Below are positions 20,850 to 31,488 of a stretch of 64,000 nucleotides of DNA, piece after piece. Made by a program: the position numbers and the translations under genes. How positions within the stretch are numbered: position 1 is the first letter of the stretch; the number at the start of each line of letters is the position of its first letter. Below the pieces are notes generated by a model that worked only from the letters and a program-made list of their open reading frames with translations, searched no databases and was not told the origin of the DNA. The DNA is taken from the NCBI GenBank assembly GCA_963716725.1, contig CAVQUB010000001.1, positions 225,901-289,900 on the forward strand, written 5' to 3'. The DNA comes from an uncultured delta proteobacterium (GTDB lineage Bacteria > Myxococcota_A > Polyangia > Polyangiales > Polyangiaceae).

Positions 20850-21557
20850 GTGGGCCGAATCATTCTCATCGGGGACGTCCACGGCTGCCGTCCCGAGCTC
20901 GACCAGCTCCTGGACCGAGTGGCGCTTGCGGCCGGCGACGGCCTTTGCTTCGTGGGGGACTTGGTGGCTCGCGGCCCCGACTCGACCGGCGTCCTGGATT
21001 TGGCCAGCGAGCTTGGCGCGTCGATGGTCCGTGGCAACCACGAATGGCGATTGCTCGAGGCCCGGGCGGCGCGCGCGCGAGGGGACACGCCACCGCGTCT
21101 CGGGCCGTCCCACCGGACCCTGATGGACGAGCTCGAAGATCGGCATTGGGCGGCCCTCGAAGCCATGACCTCTTGGGTCGACTACCCGGACCACGAGCTT
21201 CGCGTCGTGCACGCGGGAGTGGTGCCCGGCATCCCCATCGAACAGCAAGACAAGTGGGTGCTCGCCCACCTGCGCACCCTCCGCGCCGACGGCTCACCCA
21301 GCGACAAGCGCGACTTCACCCTGTGGGCAGAGCGCTATCGCGAAGCGCCCCACGTCGTGTTCGGCCACAACGCGGTGGACGGACTGCAGCTCCACTCCCA
21401 CGCGACCGGTATCGACACGGGCTGCGTCTACGGGGGACGCCTGACGGCCATGGTGCTGGGACCCGGACAAAGAGTGCCGCCCGAGAAGCACCGCCGGGAC
21501 GTGCTCGTCTCGGTTCGGGCGCGCAAGGCCTATGTGGAGCTGAAGCCGGGGGTGTGA
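20850..21557 (+). CDS. Metallophosphoesterase (ApaH/PrpE-like)
   Basis: GDVHG, GDLVARG, GNHE, HAG, FGH and IDTGCVYGG motifs. Confidence 0.9.
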   Translation: MGRIILIGDVHGCRPELDQLLDRVALAAGDGLCFVGDLVARGPDSTGVLDLASELGASMVRGNHEWRLLEARAARARGDTPPRLGPSHRTLMDELEDRHWAALEAMTSWVDYPDHELRVVHAGVVPGIPIEQQDKWVLAHLRTLRADGSPSDKRDFTLWAERYREAPHVVFGHNAVDGLQLHSHATGIDTGCVYGGRLTAMVLGPGQRVPPEKHRRDVLVSVRARKAYVELKPGV

Positions 21558-21600
21558 CCACGCCCATCGACTTGCGTCGCGCCCGCTGTTAGGAGAGGCA

Positions 21601-22098
21601 ATGGAACCCGAAGAGCACGACGACCCTCGGAAGTCCCCAGGGGGAGACGAAGATCAGGCCGCGCCCGTGCGCTCCAAGCGCCGGAGGGCGAATCGCCCAT
21701 CAGTGGGCGAAGACCTCGCGCCTCAGCGCGAAGTCACGACCAGCAGCGGCTACACGACGGGGCAACTGCTCGTGGTGCTGATCGTCGGCCTCGGCCTCGG
21801 CGCCTTCGTCGGTTACAGCGTGCGCGGAGGCGCTCGCGCCCCGAAGGCCGAGCCCATCGCGGCCGAGTCGGATGGACCGCAGCTTGGACCGCTGGCGTCG
21901 GCGGTCGGTCCGGTCGCGCCGGCCGCGGCGCCGGGCGCGGACAAATTCGGTCGCCAGCCGGGCGACGAGCACTTCGGGCACGACCACCCACCCGAAGGTG
22001 CAGCCGCGCCGGCCGCTCCAGCTGCGCCGGCGGGTACCGGTCCGGACTCCTTCGGTCGCGCACCGGGCAGCGAGCACTACGGGCACACTCACGAGTGA
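21601..22098 (+). CDS. Hypothetical membrane protein with two His-rich repeats
   Basis: RBS AGGAGAGG, one TM helix, and the repeats DKFGRQPGDEHFGHDH and DSFGRAPGSEHYGHTH. Confidence 0.7.
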   Translation: MEPEEHDDPRKSPGGDEDQAAPVRSKRRRANRPSVGEDLAPQREVTTSSGYTTGQLLVVLIVGLGLGAFVGYSVRGGARAPKAEPIAAESDGPQLGPLASAVGPVAPAAAPGADKFGRQPGDEHFGHDHPPEGAAAPAAPAAPAGTGPDSFGRAPGSEHYGHTHE

Positions 22099-22171
22099 GC
22101 GGTCATCGTCGGTGAGCGGCCCGACCCCGGGCGCGCTGGGATCCCACGCCGCGTTGGGCGAGACTCGGAGC

Positions 22172-22582
22172 ATGAGAACCAAGCTCGTGCTCGGCGCAGC
22201 CTGCCTGCTGGTGGCGTGCAACGGTCCAGAGGCGCGCGTAGCCCCAGTGGAGACCAGCGCGCGACAAGAGCCTGCCCCGCCCGCGGCGACGACGCCGGCA
22301 GGGCCGACTCCGGATCCGATCACCCACCCCTGTGTGGTCGAGGCTGCTCAGTACGACATCGCCATCGAGAAGGGCAGCGATGCGTGCCAGAGCGACGCGG
22401 ACTGCGGTTGCTATCAAGGGGGCATCGGCAAGAGCGGATGCGGCGGGGTGCTGAACCAAGAGAGCGTGCGAAAGCTCGCGGAGATTGCCAAGCGCTTCCA
22501 CGACATGAAGTGTAGGCGCTCCGTCAACTGCGCGGCGTGGGCCTGCCAACCCCGGTGCGAGGGCGGTCACTGCCGGCGCTGA
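22172..22582 (+). CDS. Small Cys-rich lipoprotein
   Basis: Lipobox LVAC and a CQSDADC..C motif. Confidence 0.7.
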   Translation: MRTKLVLGAACLLVACNGPEARVAPVETSARQEPAPPAATTPAGPTPDPITHPCVVEAAQYDIAIEKGSDACQSDADCGCYQGGIGKSGCGGVLNQESVRKLAEIAKRFHDMKCRRSVNCAAWACQPRCEGGHCRR

Positions 22583-22604
22583 GGGCCTGGGAAGCCGGGG
22601 AAAC

Positions 22605-23903
22605 TCACAAGAGCTCCACCGCCCGCCCCAGCCCGCGCAGGGCGTGGCAACCGTCTCCGATCAGATCCAGATAGGTCTGTTCGCGGTCCTTGCGGACGGC
22701 GTCGAGGCGGTCGTAGACGCCGCCGTCGAGCAGCTCCTTGGACACGTCGACCAGATCGCCGGTGGCGTAGCGGATGGTCTGATCGATGCGCTTGCCGCCC
22801 TCGGTTTCGGGGGCGGTCAGCCCGAGGCTCTTGGCCAGCGTCAGGGTCTCGACCAGGTGACCGAAGAACTTCTGCTGCTGCAGCCGAATCAGCAGGCCCT
22901 GACCCGGATGACGCAAGAGCAGCGCGGCGTAGGCGGGACGCTCGAGCTCGTAGCGATAGAGCAGCACGCCGAGCTGCTTGCGGAACCGGCGCTCGTCTTC
23001 GTCTCGACGAGCGGCCGCGATGGCGCTCGCCACGGCCTGCACCAGGTGCATGCCGCCGCAGCTGTGCCCGTAGATGCCCTTCTTTTCGCGCTTCGCCGCG
23101 TTGAGCGGGCTGCCGTCGTCGAAGGCCTTCTCCGGCGGTCCGCCATAGCCCTCGACCACCTTCTGATCGGCTTCGAGCCGAGCGAGTGCGTCGGCGATCA
23201 GCTCGGGCAGCTTCGGCTCTTGGCCTGCCGCGGCCGGCACCCGCCTCACGTGCTCCGCCAACGCAGAGATCTGCCACGCGACGTGGTGGTAGTCCGAGTC
23301 GGTCTTGGGCGCCGCGGCCGCCGTGCGCAGATCTGCGACCAGTCGCGCCAACGTGACCTTCTCTCCCGACGAGGTCGCGAAGCTCTGGTCGAGCGGCACG
23401 TTCATCTCGAGCAACGTCTTGACCAAGATGAAGCGGTGCGGCTCGACGGGTGAGCCTTGCTTCGATTCTGGGAACAACCAGACCTTCTTGGCGCCCGCAG
23501 TGCGCGGCTCGGCGAAGGATACGATCACGTCCCGGGCAGCTCGCCCGTCCGACGCCGCGAAGTCGGGGCCAAAGGCCACCATCCCGTGGGCCAGCGCCCA
23601 GGGGCTCTTCGGATCGCCGGCGTCGGCCCGCACGGCTTGCCCAAGGCGCTTGCTCAGGGCCTCCGCCTCCGCCCGCGTTGGCACGCGCGGCGCGCGGATC
23701 GACGGCGCCTCGGCTGACTGCGACGGCCCGGGCGGAGCGCTGCCCCCGGCCGCGGGGTCCTTGCGGGCGAGACCCAAGTAGATGCCGGCCACTGCCGCAG
23801 CGGCGAACAACACGATCAAACCGCGGCCACGTTCCGACACGGCGAGGAGGATATGCGCGGTCTTCTGCGACGCGTCAGGACTTTTCGTCCAGTGAGGCTG
23901 CAA
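22605..23903 (-). CDS. Hypothetical membrane-anchored protein; start uncertain
   Basis: Long ORF with an N-terminal TM and globular composition (PWALAHG, HSCGGMHL). Confidence 0.6.
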   Translation of the reverse strand: MQPHWTKSPDASQKTAHILLAVSERGRGLIVLFAAAAVAGIYLGLARKDPAAGGSAPPGPSQSAEAPSIRAPRVPTRAEAEALSKRLGQAVRADAGDPKSPWALAHGMVAFGPDFAASDGRAARDVIVSFAEPRTAGAKKVWLFPESKQGSPVEPHRFILVKTLLEMNVPLDQSFATSSGEKVTLARLVADLRTAAAAPKTDSDYHHVAWQISALAEHVRRVPAAAGQEPKLPELIADALARLEADQKVVEGYGGPPEKAFDDGSPLNAAKREKKGIYGHSCGGMHLVQAVASAIAAARRDEDERRFRKQLGVLLYRYELERPAYAALLLRHPGQGLLIRLQQQKFFGHLVETLTLAKSLGLTAPETEGGKRIDQTIRYATGDLVDVSKELLDGGVYDRLDAVRKDREQTYLDLIGDGCHALRGLGRAVELL

Positions 23904-23971
23904 GCCCCGGGACGGTGTCGTGTCGTGTGTGTGAGTGGAGACACGAACCCCACTCGAAATTGGAGGCTTCG

Positions 23972-25036
23972 ATGCTGCGGACGATCGGATTCATCTCGCT
24001 GACTCTGGTGCTCGGTGGCTGTGGGGGAGGGGACGACGCCGGGCCCGAGGGCAGCTCCGGCGCGGGCGGTGGCCAAAACTCGGGCGGCGGCGGCGGCGTC
24101 GGCGCTGAAGGCGGCGGCGGCGGCAGCGGTGCCACCAGCAGCGGCGGCGGCAGCGCCTCGGGCGGTAGCAGCAGCGGCGGCGGCGGCGGCGCTTCGGGCT
24201 CACCCGGCACCGGGGGCGCGAGCAACGGCTGCGGCAACAACACCAAGCACGCCAACATCGGGAATCTGATCGTGGCCGACGTGAGCTGGCCCGCCGCGAC
24301 TGGGATCGCTGCTGGCACCGGGAAGCTCCAGATCTGGACGCGCACCGTGCTCGACTTTGGCGAGGCCGACGCGAAGGGCGAGATCCCCGCGACCGGTGAA
24401 GTGTCACCCTGTGGCAGCACCATCCCCGCGCTCACCAAGACCTCCATCGCGGGCGGCGGTCAGGTTCAGACGGTGATCCCCGACGCGGTCTGGGACAAGC
24501 CGGGAATGCCGAAGTTCAAGGCCACAGGCAAGCTCTCTGGCTTCGATGTGGGCGCGACGATCACGATGGAGCCGGTGGTGAGTCTGGTGGGGCTCAGCAT
24601 GTCCGATCCGAACGGCTCGTGGCCGGCGTCGGCGAAGCAGATCACGGGCGTCGATCACGACGGGGACGGGCAGCTGGGCATCTTGGCGGTGCCGCGCACG
24701 GATCCGCCCTTCTCGGCGCCGCCGACCGGCTTGCTCGAGGCGCTCAACGCCAACGGCAAGCGCGCGGTAGAGGTCTACGTCTCGACGCGTACCGCGGTGC
24801 AGATCACGGGCAAGCGTGACACCTGCAACAGCGCGTCGGGCGAGGCCGTCGTGAAGCTCTTCGACAGCCACGTGGTCGGCTGCAAACGCAACGACGGCCA
24901 GCTCTGCAAATCCGGCGAGGCCGACTTCATCGACCAGAATCAGCCAAAGTTCAAGGTGGCGAGCGCGAGCTACAAGATGGTGCAACTCAAAGAGGGAGCC
25001 ACCTGCGCAGACGTGCGCGCGGCGCTGCCACTGTGA
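23972..25036 (+). CDS. Lipoprotein with a Gly/Ser-rich linker
   Basis: RBS GGAGG, lipobox LGGC and a poly-Gly linker followed by a Cys-containing domain. Confidence 0.75.
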   Translation: MLRTIGFISLTLVLGGCGGGDDAGPEGSSGAGGGQNSGGGGGVGAEGGGGGSGATSSGGGSASGGSSSGGGGGASGSPGTGGASNGCGNNTKHANIGNLIVADVSWPAATGIAAGTGKLQIWTRTVLDFGEADAKGEIPATGEVSPCGSTIPALTKTSIAGGGQVQTVIPDAVWDKPGMPKFKATGKLSGFDVGATITMEPVVSLVGLSMSDPNGSWPASAKQITGVDHDGDGQLGILAVPRTDPPFSAPPTGLLEALNANGKRAVEVYVSTRTAVQITGKRDTCNSASGEAVVKLFDSHVVGCKRNDGQLCKSGEADFIDQNQPKFKVASASYKMVQLKEGATCADVRAALPL

Positions 25037-27570
25037 GTCGGCGCCTCGGTCTCGGTCTCGTCGTCGCGCTCTCGGTCTCGGGCTGTGCCGGGGATCCTAC
25101 GAGCGACGGCGAGGCCGCTCCGCCCGTCGAGATCATCGTCGACGATATGGGCGTACCGCACGTCTACGCCGCCACCGACGAGGACCTGTTCTTCGGGTAC
25201 GGCTACCAACTGGCCACCGACCGCCTGCTGCAACTCGAGATGTGGCGGCGCTTCGCTCACGGGCGTCGCGCTGAGGTCCTGGGCGCCGACTTCAAGGGCT
25301 CGTTCGGCGCCACCGCGCTGCACGACGACAAGCTCGTGCGCCTGTTCGACCTGCCACGCTGGGGCAAGCTCGACGCCGAGCTGATGCGGAGCGAGCATCC
25401 GGATCGCTGGAAGCTCCTTCAGGCCTGGCGCAGCGGGATCAACCGCCGCGTCGAAGAGGTCCGCAGCGGCGCGGTGCCCCGGCCCTTTGGTTTTGGCGCT
25501 GATCAGCTCGACTTCTTGCCCGAGGCCTGGAGCGAGGACGACCCACTGATCGTTCAGAAGATGATCCAGCTCGGCCTGGATCAGAGCCTGCTCTACGAGA
25601 TCCTGATCACGCTCTTGGGTCAGCTCGCGCCAAATACGCTGGAGGCGGCGAAGATCTTCCAGCCCGCGCACCCCACCTGGACCGTGGCCCCGGAGGATCT
25701 TCCGGCCGGAGCCAAGGCCGGCGGTAGCACCACTGCGCAGCCAGGGGCTGCGCAGCAAGGCGCCGAGCTGCCGGAGCCAGCGAAGAGTCCCGCGGCGTGG
25801 CGACACCTGATCGCCGTGCCCAAAGCCGGCAGCAACAACTGGGCGGTGGACGGTCGCTTTACGGACAACGGCCGACCGATGTTGGCGGGCGATCCGCACC
25901 TGGTGTTCACGCTCATGGGCGCGATGTACGCCTTGCACCTGAACAGCGCGGATCGCGGCGGGAGCTTCGACGTCGCGGGCTTCGCCTTCGTGGCGGCCCC
26001 GGGCATCTTCGCCGGTCAGACCCAGGGCGCGATGTGGGCGCCCACATCGGCCTTCGGTGACGTGATGGATCTCTGGTCCGTGGAGGTCACCGACGCCGGC
26101 GCGAAGATCGGCGACCAAGTGCTGCCCATCAGCACGCGCGAGGAGGTGATTCAGATCCGCGGAGGTCAGAGCGAGAGCATCGTGGTCCGCGACGTGCCCG
26201 GCCAAGGCGTGATCTTCACACCTTCCTTCGCCGGCGTTCCCATCCCGCTCACCGAAGAGGGCCGCGAGGTCGTGCTCGGGTGGACGGGCTTCGCGGCGAG
26301 GAGCTCGCTCTACTTCTTGGAGCTCAATCGCGCACAGAACGTGGCGGAGCTCGACGCTGCCGTGCAGCGTGCTCCCGAGCTCAGCTACAACTGGGTGGGC
26401 GCTGACTCGAAGGAGATTTTTTATCGCGTCAGCCTGGAGGTCCCGAAGCGAAACCCGGTGGTCCCAGGACGCGAGCCCTGGCGCCTGATGAACGGAGACG
26501 ATCCGCTGGCGTTTTGGCCGGGAGGCAAGCTGCCGCTCGAGCAGCTGCCCAACGGCCGGGCCGCGACGCGCGGCTTCATCGCTACGGCCAACAACGACCC
26601 CTTCGGCTTCACGGCGGACGGCGATCCGGCGAATGACCCCTGGTACTACGGTGCGTTCTTCGATCCCGGCTACCGCGCTCGACGCATCGAATCCGAGCTC
26701 GAACGCCTGACGAAGCGTGGGAGCATCGGCCTAGAGGACATGCAGGCGCTCCAGATGGACTCGCGGTGTCTGATGGCCGACACTTTCCTGAAGTTGCTCG
26801 ACGACGCTTGGTCGGGGCGCAACGACGACCCGGTGCTGGCCGAGCTCGCGGCGCGCCCAGGGACCGAGAGGGTGTACAAGCTGCTGAGCGCGGAGTGGAA
26901 CCGGGAGATGACGCGCGATTCACCCGGCGCCGTGGCGTTTCACGCGTTTGCCCACTTCACGACGGCGCACGCCATCGAAGACGACATGATCCCGCTCCTC
27001 TACGAGCGTGTGCTGGAGGCCGCCCCGTTCTACGTGCTCAAGGTGGCTGCCCTCGCGCTCAGCGGACAGTACCCGAAGGGTGACGAGGTGCTCCAAGAGG
27101 GCAGACATCGCATCGTGCTCGAGGGACTCGCGCAGACCGTGGAGTTCTTGGCCGAGCGCTTCGGTGGCGTCGAGCCCTCGCTTTACCAGTGGGGCGACGT
27201 GCACGTCAGCAGCTTCGACAACGCGTTCGGTCTGGGCGTGTCGCTGCCGTCGATCCCGACCGACGGCGGGGAAAACACAGTGAACGTCGCTCACAGCGTG
27301 TTCCGGCGGGACTTCGAGGTTCCGAAGCAATGGGTCAGCGACTACGGGCCGGTGGAGCGCTTGGTCGGTCGCGTCGGCGACGGTGGGACTCCGGAGTTGT
27401 GGGTGAACTTCCCCCTGGGCAACGTTGCCGATCCGGCCAGTCCCCACTTTGACGACATGCTGGAAGACTGGGTCGAAGGTCGTTATCGGAAGCTCGCCTT
27501 CGATCGCGGCGAGGTCGAAGCGCGGGCCGAGCACCGACGCGTGCTCGGATCTGATATGACCGCCCGGTGA
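25033..27570 (+). CDS. Penicillin acylase family (Ntn hydrolase) lipoprotein
   Basis: DDMGVPHVYA, DRLLQLE, GSNNWAV nucleophile, AGDPHL and TANND motifs. Confidence 0.92.
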   Translation: MSRRLGLGLVVALSVSGCAGDPTSDGEAAPPVEIIVDDMGVPHVYAATDEDLFFGYGYQLATDRLLQLEMWRRFAHGRRAEVLGADFKGSFGATALHDDKLVRLFDLPRWGKLDAELMRSEHPDRWKLLQAWRSGINRRVEEVRSGAVPRPFGFGADQLDFLPEAWSEDDPLIVQKMIQLGLDQSLLYEILITLLGQLAPNTLEAAKIFQPAHPTWTVAPEDLPAGAKAGGSTTAQPGAAQQGAELPEPAKSPAAWRHLIAVPKAGSNNWAVDGRFTDNGRPMLAGDPHLVFTLMGAMYALHLNSADRGGSFDVAGFAFVAAPGIFAGQTQGAMWAPTSAFGDVMDLWSVEVTDAGAKIGDQVLPISTREEVIQIRGGQSESIVVRDVPGQGVIFTPSFAGVPIPLTEEGREVVLGWTGFAARSSLYFLELNRAQNVAELDAAVQRAPELSYNWVGADSKEIFYRVSLEVPKRNPVVPGREPWRLMNGDDPLAFWPGGKLPLEQLPNGRAATRGFIATANNDPFGFTADGDPANDPWYYGAFFDPGYRARRIESELERLTKRGSIGLEDMQALQMDSRCLMADTFLKLLDDAWSGRNDDPVLAELAARPGTERVYKLLSAEWNREMTRDSPGAVAFHAFAHFTTAHAIEDDMIPLLYERVLEAAPFYVLKVAALALSGQYPKGDEVLQEGRHRIVLEGLAQTVEFLAERFGGVEPSLYQWGDVHVSSFDNAFGLGVSLPSIPTDGGENTVNVAHSVFRRDFEVPKQWVSDYGPVERLVGRVGDGGTPELWVNFPLGNVADPASPHFDDMLEDWVEGRYRKLAFDRGEVEARAEHRRVLGSDMTAR

Positions 27571-28298
27571 CCCTGCGTGCCCCGGTCGATGCGCTCGGCC
27601 CCGGTGAACGAGACCTCGATCCGGCGACCTCGCGCTACCTGGTGCGTGTGCATCGCTTGCGGGTGGGAGATGCGTTCGTCGCCTTCGACGTCGCGGCAGG
27701 GCTCGAGGCCGACGCCGAGATCCTCCAGGCCGATCCGAGGCGAGCCCGCGCGCGGGTCGGCCCGCCGCGCCCCGCAGCGGTGACCTCACCGCTGCCGGTG
27801 ACCCTGCTCTGGGCCGTTGGCAAAGCCGACAAGCCCGAGTCCGTGATCCGTGACGCCACCGCGCTGGGCGTCGTGCGCATCGTGCTCCTCACCACGGAGC
27901 GGACCATCGTACAGCTTTCGGACCGCGCCGACGTACGCCGCGAGCGCTGGCAGAACGTGGCACGGAACGCCGCTCGCCAGTGCGGGCGCGGGGACGTGCC
28001 CGAGCTGATTGGTCCGCTGCACCTCGCGGACGCGCTCGAGATCGACGCGGGCGTTTCGGGCGTGGTGCTCGACCCCAGGGCCGAGTCGACCCTCGTGCAG
28101 GCGCTGTCGGCGTTGGCGCCACGGGCGAGGCTGCGTGTGTTGATTGGTCCGGAAGGGGGGCTGGGAGTGGGTGAGCTCGCCGCCGCACGGAGCGCGGGTT
28201 TTTCCTCGGCGCGCTTCGGCCGGCTGGCGCTGCGGACCGAGACTGCGGTGGTGGCGGTTCTCGGCGCGCTTCTCGCGCGATCTGACGGGCAGACCTGA
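27567..28298 (+). CDS. rsmE: 16S rRNA m3U1498 methyltransferase
   Basis: ATALGV, AARQCGR, IGPEGG and LRTETA motifs. Confidence 0.92.
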   Translation: MTLRAPVDALGPGERDLDPATSRYLVRVHRLRVGDAFVAFDVAAGLEADAEILQADPRRARARVGPPRPAAVTSPLPVTLLWAVGKADKPESVIRDATALGVVRIVLLTTERTIVQLSDRADVRRERWQNVARNAARQCGRGDVPELIGPLHLADALEIDAGVSGVVLDPRAESTLVQALSALAPRARLRVLIGPEGGLGVGELAAARSAGFSSARFGRLALRTETAVVAVLGALLARSDGQT

Positions 28299-28315
28299 GG
28301 TAGGCTTCGGCCGCC

Positions 28316-30526
28316 ATGCGAACACGTGAGGGAGCATCACGGCCGGGACTCGGCCGTAGGTTGGGTTGGGCGGCGCTGACCGCGGCGCTGGTCGCCGCCG
28401 CGCCGGCCCGTGCGGCCTTGACGGATTCGGAGAAGGCCCAGGTCCAGGGCTTCGTGCGGTCGGGCGAGCTGCGCAACGCCGCCCGCATCCGAGCGCTGGT
28501 GGCGCGCCCGGATCTCACCGTGGACGAGGCCTCCGAACCGCTGAGTGCCGGTTTCGGAGCCGTCGCCTTCGACGACGCGCACGAGAAGCTCGCCCGGGAG
28601 ATCCTGCTGGGACCTGGCTCGGCGGCCGCGCGCAGTGCCCTCGCTCCGGCGCTCGTCCGAGCGCTCTTGGCCCGAGCCTCGAACGCCTATGCCGCGATGC
28701 CCATCAACGAGTCGGGCACCGACGCGTCGAAGGCAGATCGGCTCGCGGCCGAGAGCGTCGAGATCCATCGCTTCGTCACCGAGGTGATCGCGAACGCCGG
28801 ACAACCTCCCGTGGACGGGCACGATGCCGCCGCGGGCATCCGTGATGACGCGCTCAAGCTCTGCGTCGAGGCCTACCGCGCACACTTCGATCGCCACTCG
28901 GCGACCTTGAAGCCCGGCACCAAGCTCAGCCCGTCCTTGGTACAGGTCCGGGCGCAAGCCGCGCTTGCCGTCGTCGACTTGTCGCGTGGGCTCTATCAAC
29001 GTCACCAGGTCGCCGCGCTGCTCGGCCTCGCAGGGCCGCGCAAACAGGTCTTCGAGCGTCATGGAACGCTGCTCGAAGATGGCGGAACCGCCGGCGACGA
29101 GCGCCTGAGTGAGGTGTCCCGCTTCCTCGACAGCGCGCCGCGCGCGGCGTCAGAACTCAGCCTCTGGCTGATCAGCAAGGCGCCAGTGCGCGGGCTCTCG
29201 TCGCGGGGCGCACGCGCCAGCGCCCGGGTGTCGCTCAGTGCTGCGTCCGGCGCGCCGACCGCGGCCGCGCTCTGGCCCGAAGACGTGGTCGCCTCGCGGC
29301 CCGACCGCGAAATGATGGAGGTGGCGTATTCCGCCGCGTGGCTCGTCACCCGGGCTGCCTTCAAGGCCCAGCCGGCGCTCTCGAAGAGGGCGGCGCTGGT
29401 CGCGACTCGAGCCGCGCGCGCTGGCGCCGCCGGCCAACTCGCGCCGGATCTCGAGGCATCGGTGCTGCGGGCACCGGGCGCCATTGGTCCAGGCGCCCAG
29501 GCTGCGTCCGCCGAGCAGTTCGCCGCCCACGCCTTGCGTTTGGTGCTCCTCGACGCGCCCCGGGCGCTCGATCTCGCGCTCTCGCGTGCCGTGCAGGGAC
29601 GGGACGAGCCCTTGGCGGCCTTCGTGCTCGGCGCCAGCTTGCTGCACGCCGTTGGGGGCAGCGCCGACGAGATCGCCGTCGGGCGCACCGGCGAAGGCGG
29701 CGCGCTCGTCGCCGACAAGCTCACCCGCGTCACGCTGGCGAACGGACTCGTCTCCTCCTTCGAGCTCGACGGCAAGAAGGTGCAGGTCAACCTTGGCTCG
29801 GACGGCCAGGTCGACAAGGTGCTGGTCGATGGCGCTGCGCCACGCCTGTCGCAGCTCAGCCGCGTCCGCTTCGTGCCCAAGGCGGCGGAGAGCTGGCTGG
29901 CCGGATCCCAGCGCTGGGAAAAGCTCGGTGGCGCGCCACGCGGTCTGGCCATCGACGACGGCCGCTTCGTCCTGGGGGCCGCCGAGACGAGCGACGGCTT
30001 CGATGCGGTGGTCACCGGTGAGGCCTCGAGCGACTCCACCATCCACGCCTACCTCGCGGTCACGGGCCGCGGGGGAGGGCTCATCCTTCGGGGACAGCCG
30101 GGGCAGCAGAGCTACGACGCCATCGCCGTGCTCGTCACCCGCGAGCCGAAGCCGAAGGCGACGCTCATCCTGGTCGACGGTCGGGCCCAGGCCACGGAGC
30201 TCGCACCGGCTCGCGACCTCCCGCCGGCGGGAGAGACCGGCTACTTGGTGACCCTGAGCGCCCGGGCCGAGAAGATCACCGCCACCATCGATGGCGTGAA
30301 GCTGGAAGCCAAGCTCGCGCGCGGGGTCGGCACCGGGAAGGCCGGATTGATGGTCGTTGCCGGCGGGCTCGTCGAAGCCCGCGGGTTCGGTCGCGGGACG
30401 CCCAAGGCGCCCCAGAAACCCCCCAAGAAGGCCCCCGATCCGCCGAAGTCCACCTCGACTCCCCCGAAGGCCGGGCCGACTCCCACCAAGCCGCCGGCGC
30501 CCACCGTACCGAAGAAGAAGCCATGA
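28316..30526 (+). CDS. Secreted hypothetical protein with a Pro/Lys-rich tail
   Basis: Signal peptide ending ARAA, 736-aa ORF, stop overlapping the next start. Confidence 0.65.
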   Translation: MRTREGASRPGLGRRLGWAALTAALVAAAPARAALTDSEKAQVQGFVRSGELRNAARIRALVARPDLTVDEASEPLSAGFGAVAFDDAHEKLAREILLGPGSAAARSALAPALVRALLARASNAYAAMPINESGTDASKADRLAAESVEIHRFVTEVIANAGQPPVDGHDAAAGIRDDALKLCVEAYRAHFDRHSATLKPGTKLSPSLVQVRAQAALAVVDLSRGLYQRHQVAALLGLAGPRKQVFERHGTLLEDGGTAGDERLSEVSRFLDSAPRAASELSLWLISKAPVRGLSSRGARASARVSLSAASGAPTAAALWPEDVVASRPDREMMEVAYSAAWLVTRAAFKAQPALSKRAALVATRAARAGAAGQLAPDLEASVLRAPGAIGPGAQAASAEQFAAHALRLVLLDAPRALDLALSRAVQGRDEPLAAFVLGASLLHAVGGSADEIAVGRTGEGGALVADKLTRVTLANGLVSSFELDGKKVQVNLGSDGQVDKVLVDGAAPRLSQLSRVRFVPKAAESWLAGSQRWEKLGGAPRGLAIDDGRFVLGAAETSDGFDAVVTGEASSDSTIHAYLAVTGRGGGLILRGQPGQQSYDAIAVLVTREPKPKATLILVDGRAQATELAPARDLPPAGETGYLVTLSARAEKITATIDGVKLEAKLARGVGTGKAGLMVVAGGLVEARGFGRGTPKAPQKPPKKAPDPPKSTSTPPKAGPTPTKPPAPTVPKKKP

Positions 30527-30933
30527 CCGATCGACAGAAGGTCCGCATCCTGGTGGCCAAACCCGGCCTCGACGGCCACGACCGCGGCGCCAAGGTCGTC
30601 GCTCGGGCCCTCCGAGACGCAGGGTTCGAGGTGGTCTACACCGGCCTCCATCAGACCCCGGAGATGATCGCCAGCGCGGCCGTGCAAGAGGACGTCGACG
30701 CCGTGGGGCTGTCGATCATGAGCGGCGCCCACAACACGTTGTTCCCGGCCGTGATCGAGGCCCTGCGCGGTCGAGGCGCCAACGACGTCATCGTGTTCGG
30801 CGGCGGAATCGTGCCCGACGACGACCTCGGCCGACTCACGGATGCCGGCGTGAAGCGGGTCTTCAAGCCCGGCACGACCCTCGGCGAGATCGTCGAGTGG
30901 GTCGACGAAAACGTCAGGCCGCGCGGCCTGTAG
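30523..30933 (+). CDS. Cobalamin-binding domain protein (methylmalonyl-CoA mutase small subunit type)
   Basis: [13 protein letters not shown] and VFGGG motifs. Confidence 0.93.
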   Translation: MTDRQKVRILVAKPGLDGHDRGAKVVARALRDAGFEVVYTGLHQTPEMIASAAVQEDVDAVGLSIMSGAHNTLFPAVIEALRGRGANDVIVFGGGIVPDDDLGRLTDAGVKRVFKPGTTLGEIVEWVDENVRPRGL

Positions 30934-31393
30934 CAATCGGTGGGCCCCCGGCCTGGCAGCTCAGGCCCGCAACTGCTGCACGCCCGTCCCGCTATGGCTC
31001 GAGCCCAGGGGCAGCGGGGTCCTTATCGAAGAGCTGACCCTCACCGTGGCCAAGGTGCGCTGAGCTCGAGATGCAGCCACGGCTCGCGGCGGCGTCAGGC
31101 GGAAGGTGCCGACGAAGATCGCCACCGCAACCAGGCTCGGGATCAGTGCGAAGAGGACGGTCATGCTTTGCCTTCGTGCTCGAGGCGTTGCAGCGCTCAT
31201 GCCGCTCGCCATCGGGGCGGCAAACCTAGGGAACAACAGGGCATTTGAGCAACAGCAAAGTTGCCCTGGGGACGCAGGGGCGTGGGTCGATTTACACGGG
31301 GCGCCAGCTCTACGTACTGAACACCGGACCATGTAGGGAGCGTGTATCCACATAGGTGCCCGGAATCCTTTGGGTTCTTCCTCGGCCGACTTG

Positions 31394-31422
31394 TTGACAG
31401 GCGAACTCCTGCCCTCTAGTTT
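31394..31422 (+). promoter_or_regulatory. dcw operon promoter
   Basis: TTGACA-17 bp-TAGTTT upstream of mraZ. Confidence 0.7.
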
Positions 31423-31435
31423 CGCCCAACCCTCG

Positions 31436-31458
31436 GTGGGAAAAAGTGGGGCGAAGTG
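31436..31458 (+). promoter_or_regulatory. MraZ operator (GTGGG repeats)
   Basis: GTGGG-aaaaa-GTGGG-gcgaa-GTG with 10-bp periodicity, matching known MraZ boxes. Confidence 0.8.
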
Positions 31459-31488
31459 TTTGCTTCGCCCGTCAGGTGTCAGGACAGG

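Noticed and set aside
24050..24200. GGC-rich run as a contingency repeat
   Set aside because: It is an imperfect trinucleotide repeat encoding an ordinary Gly/Ser linker.
30961..31203. Small minus-strand membrane peptide divergent from mraZ
   Set aside because: It has one hydrophobic stretch but no recognisable family or clear RBS, so support is insufficient.
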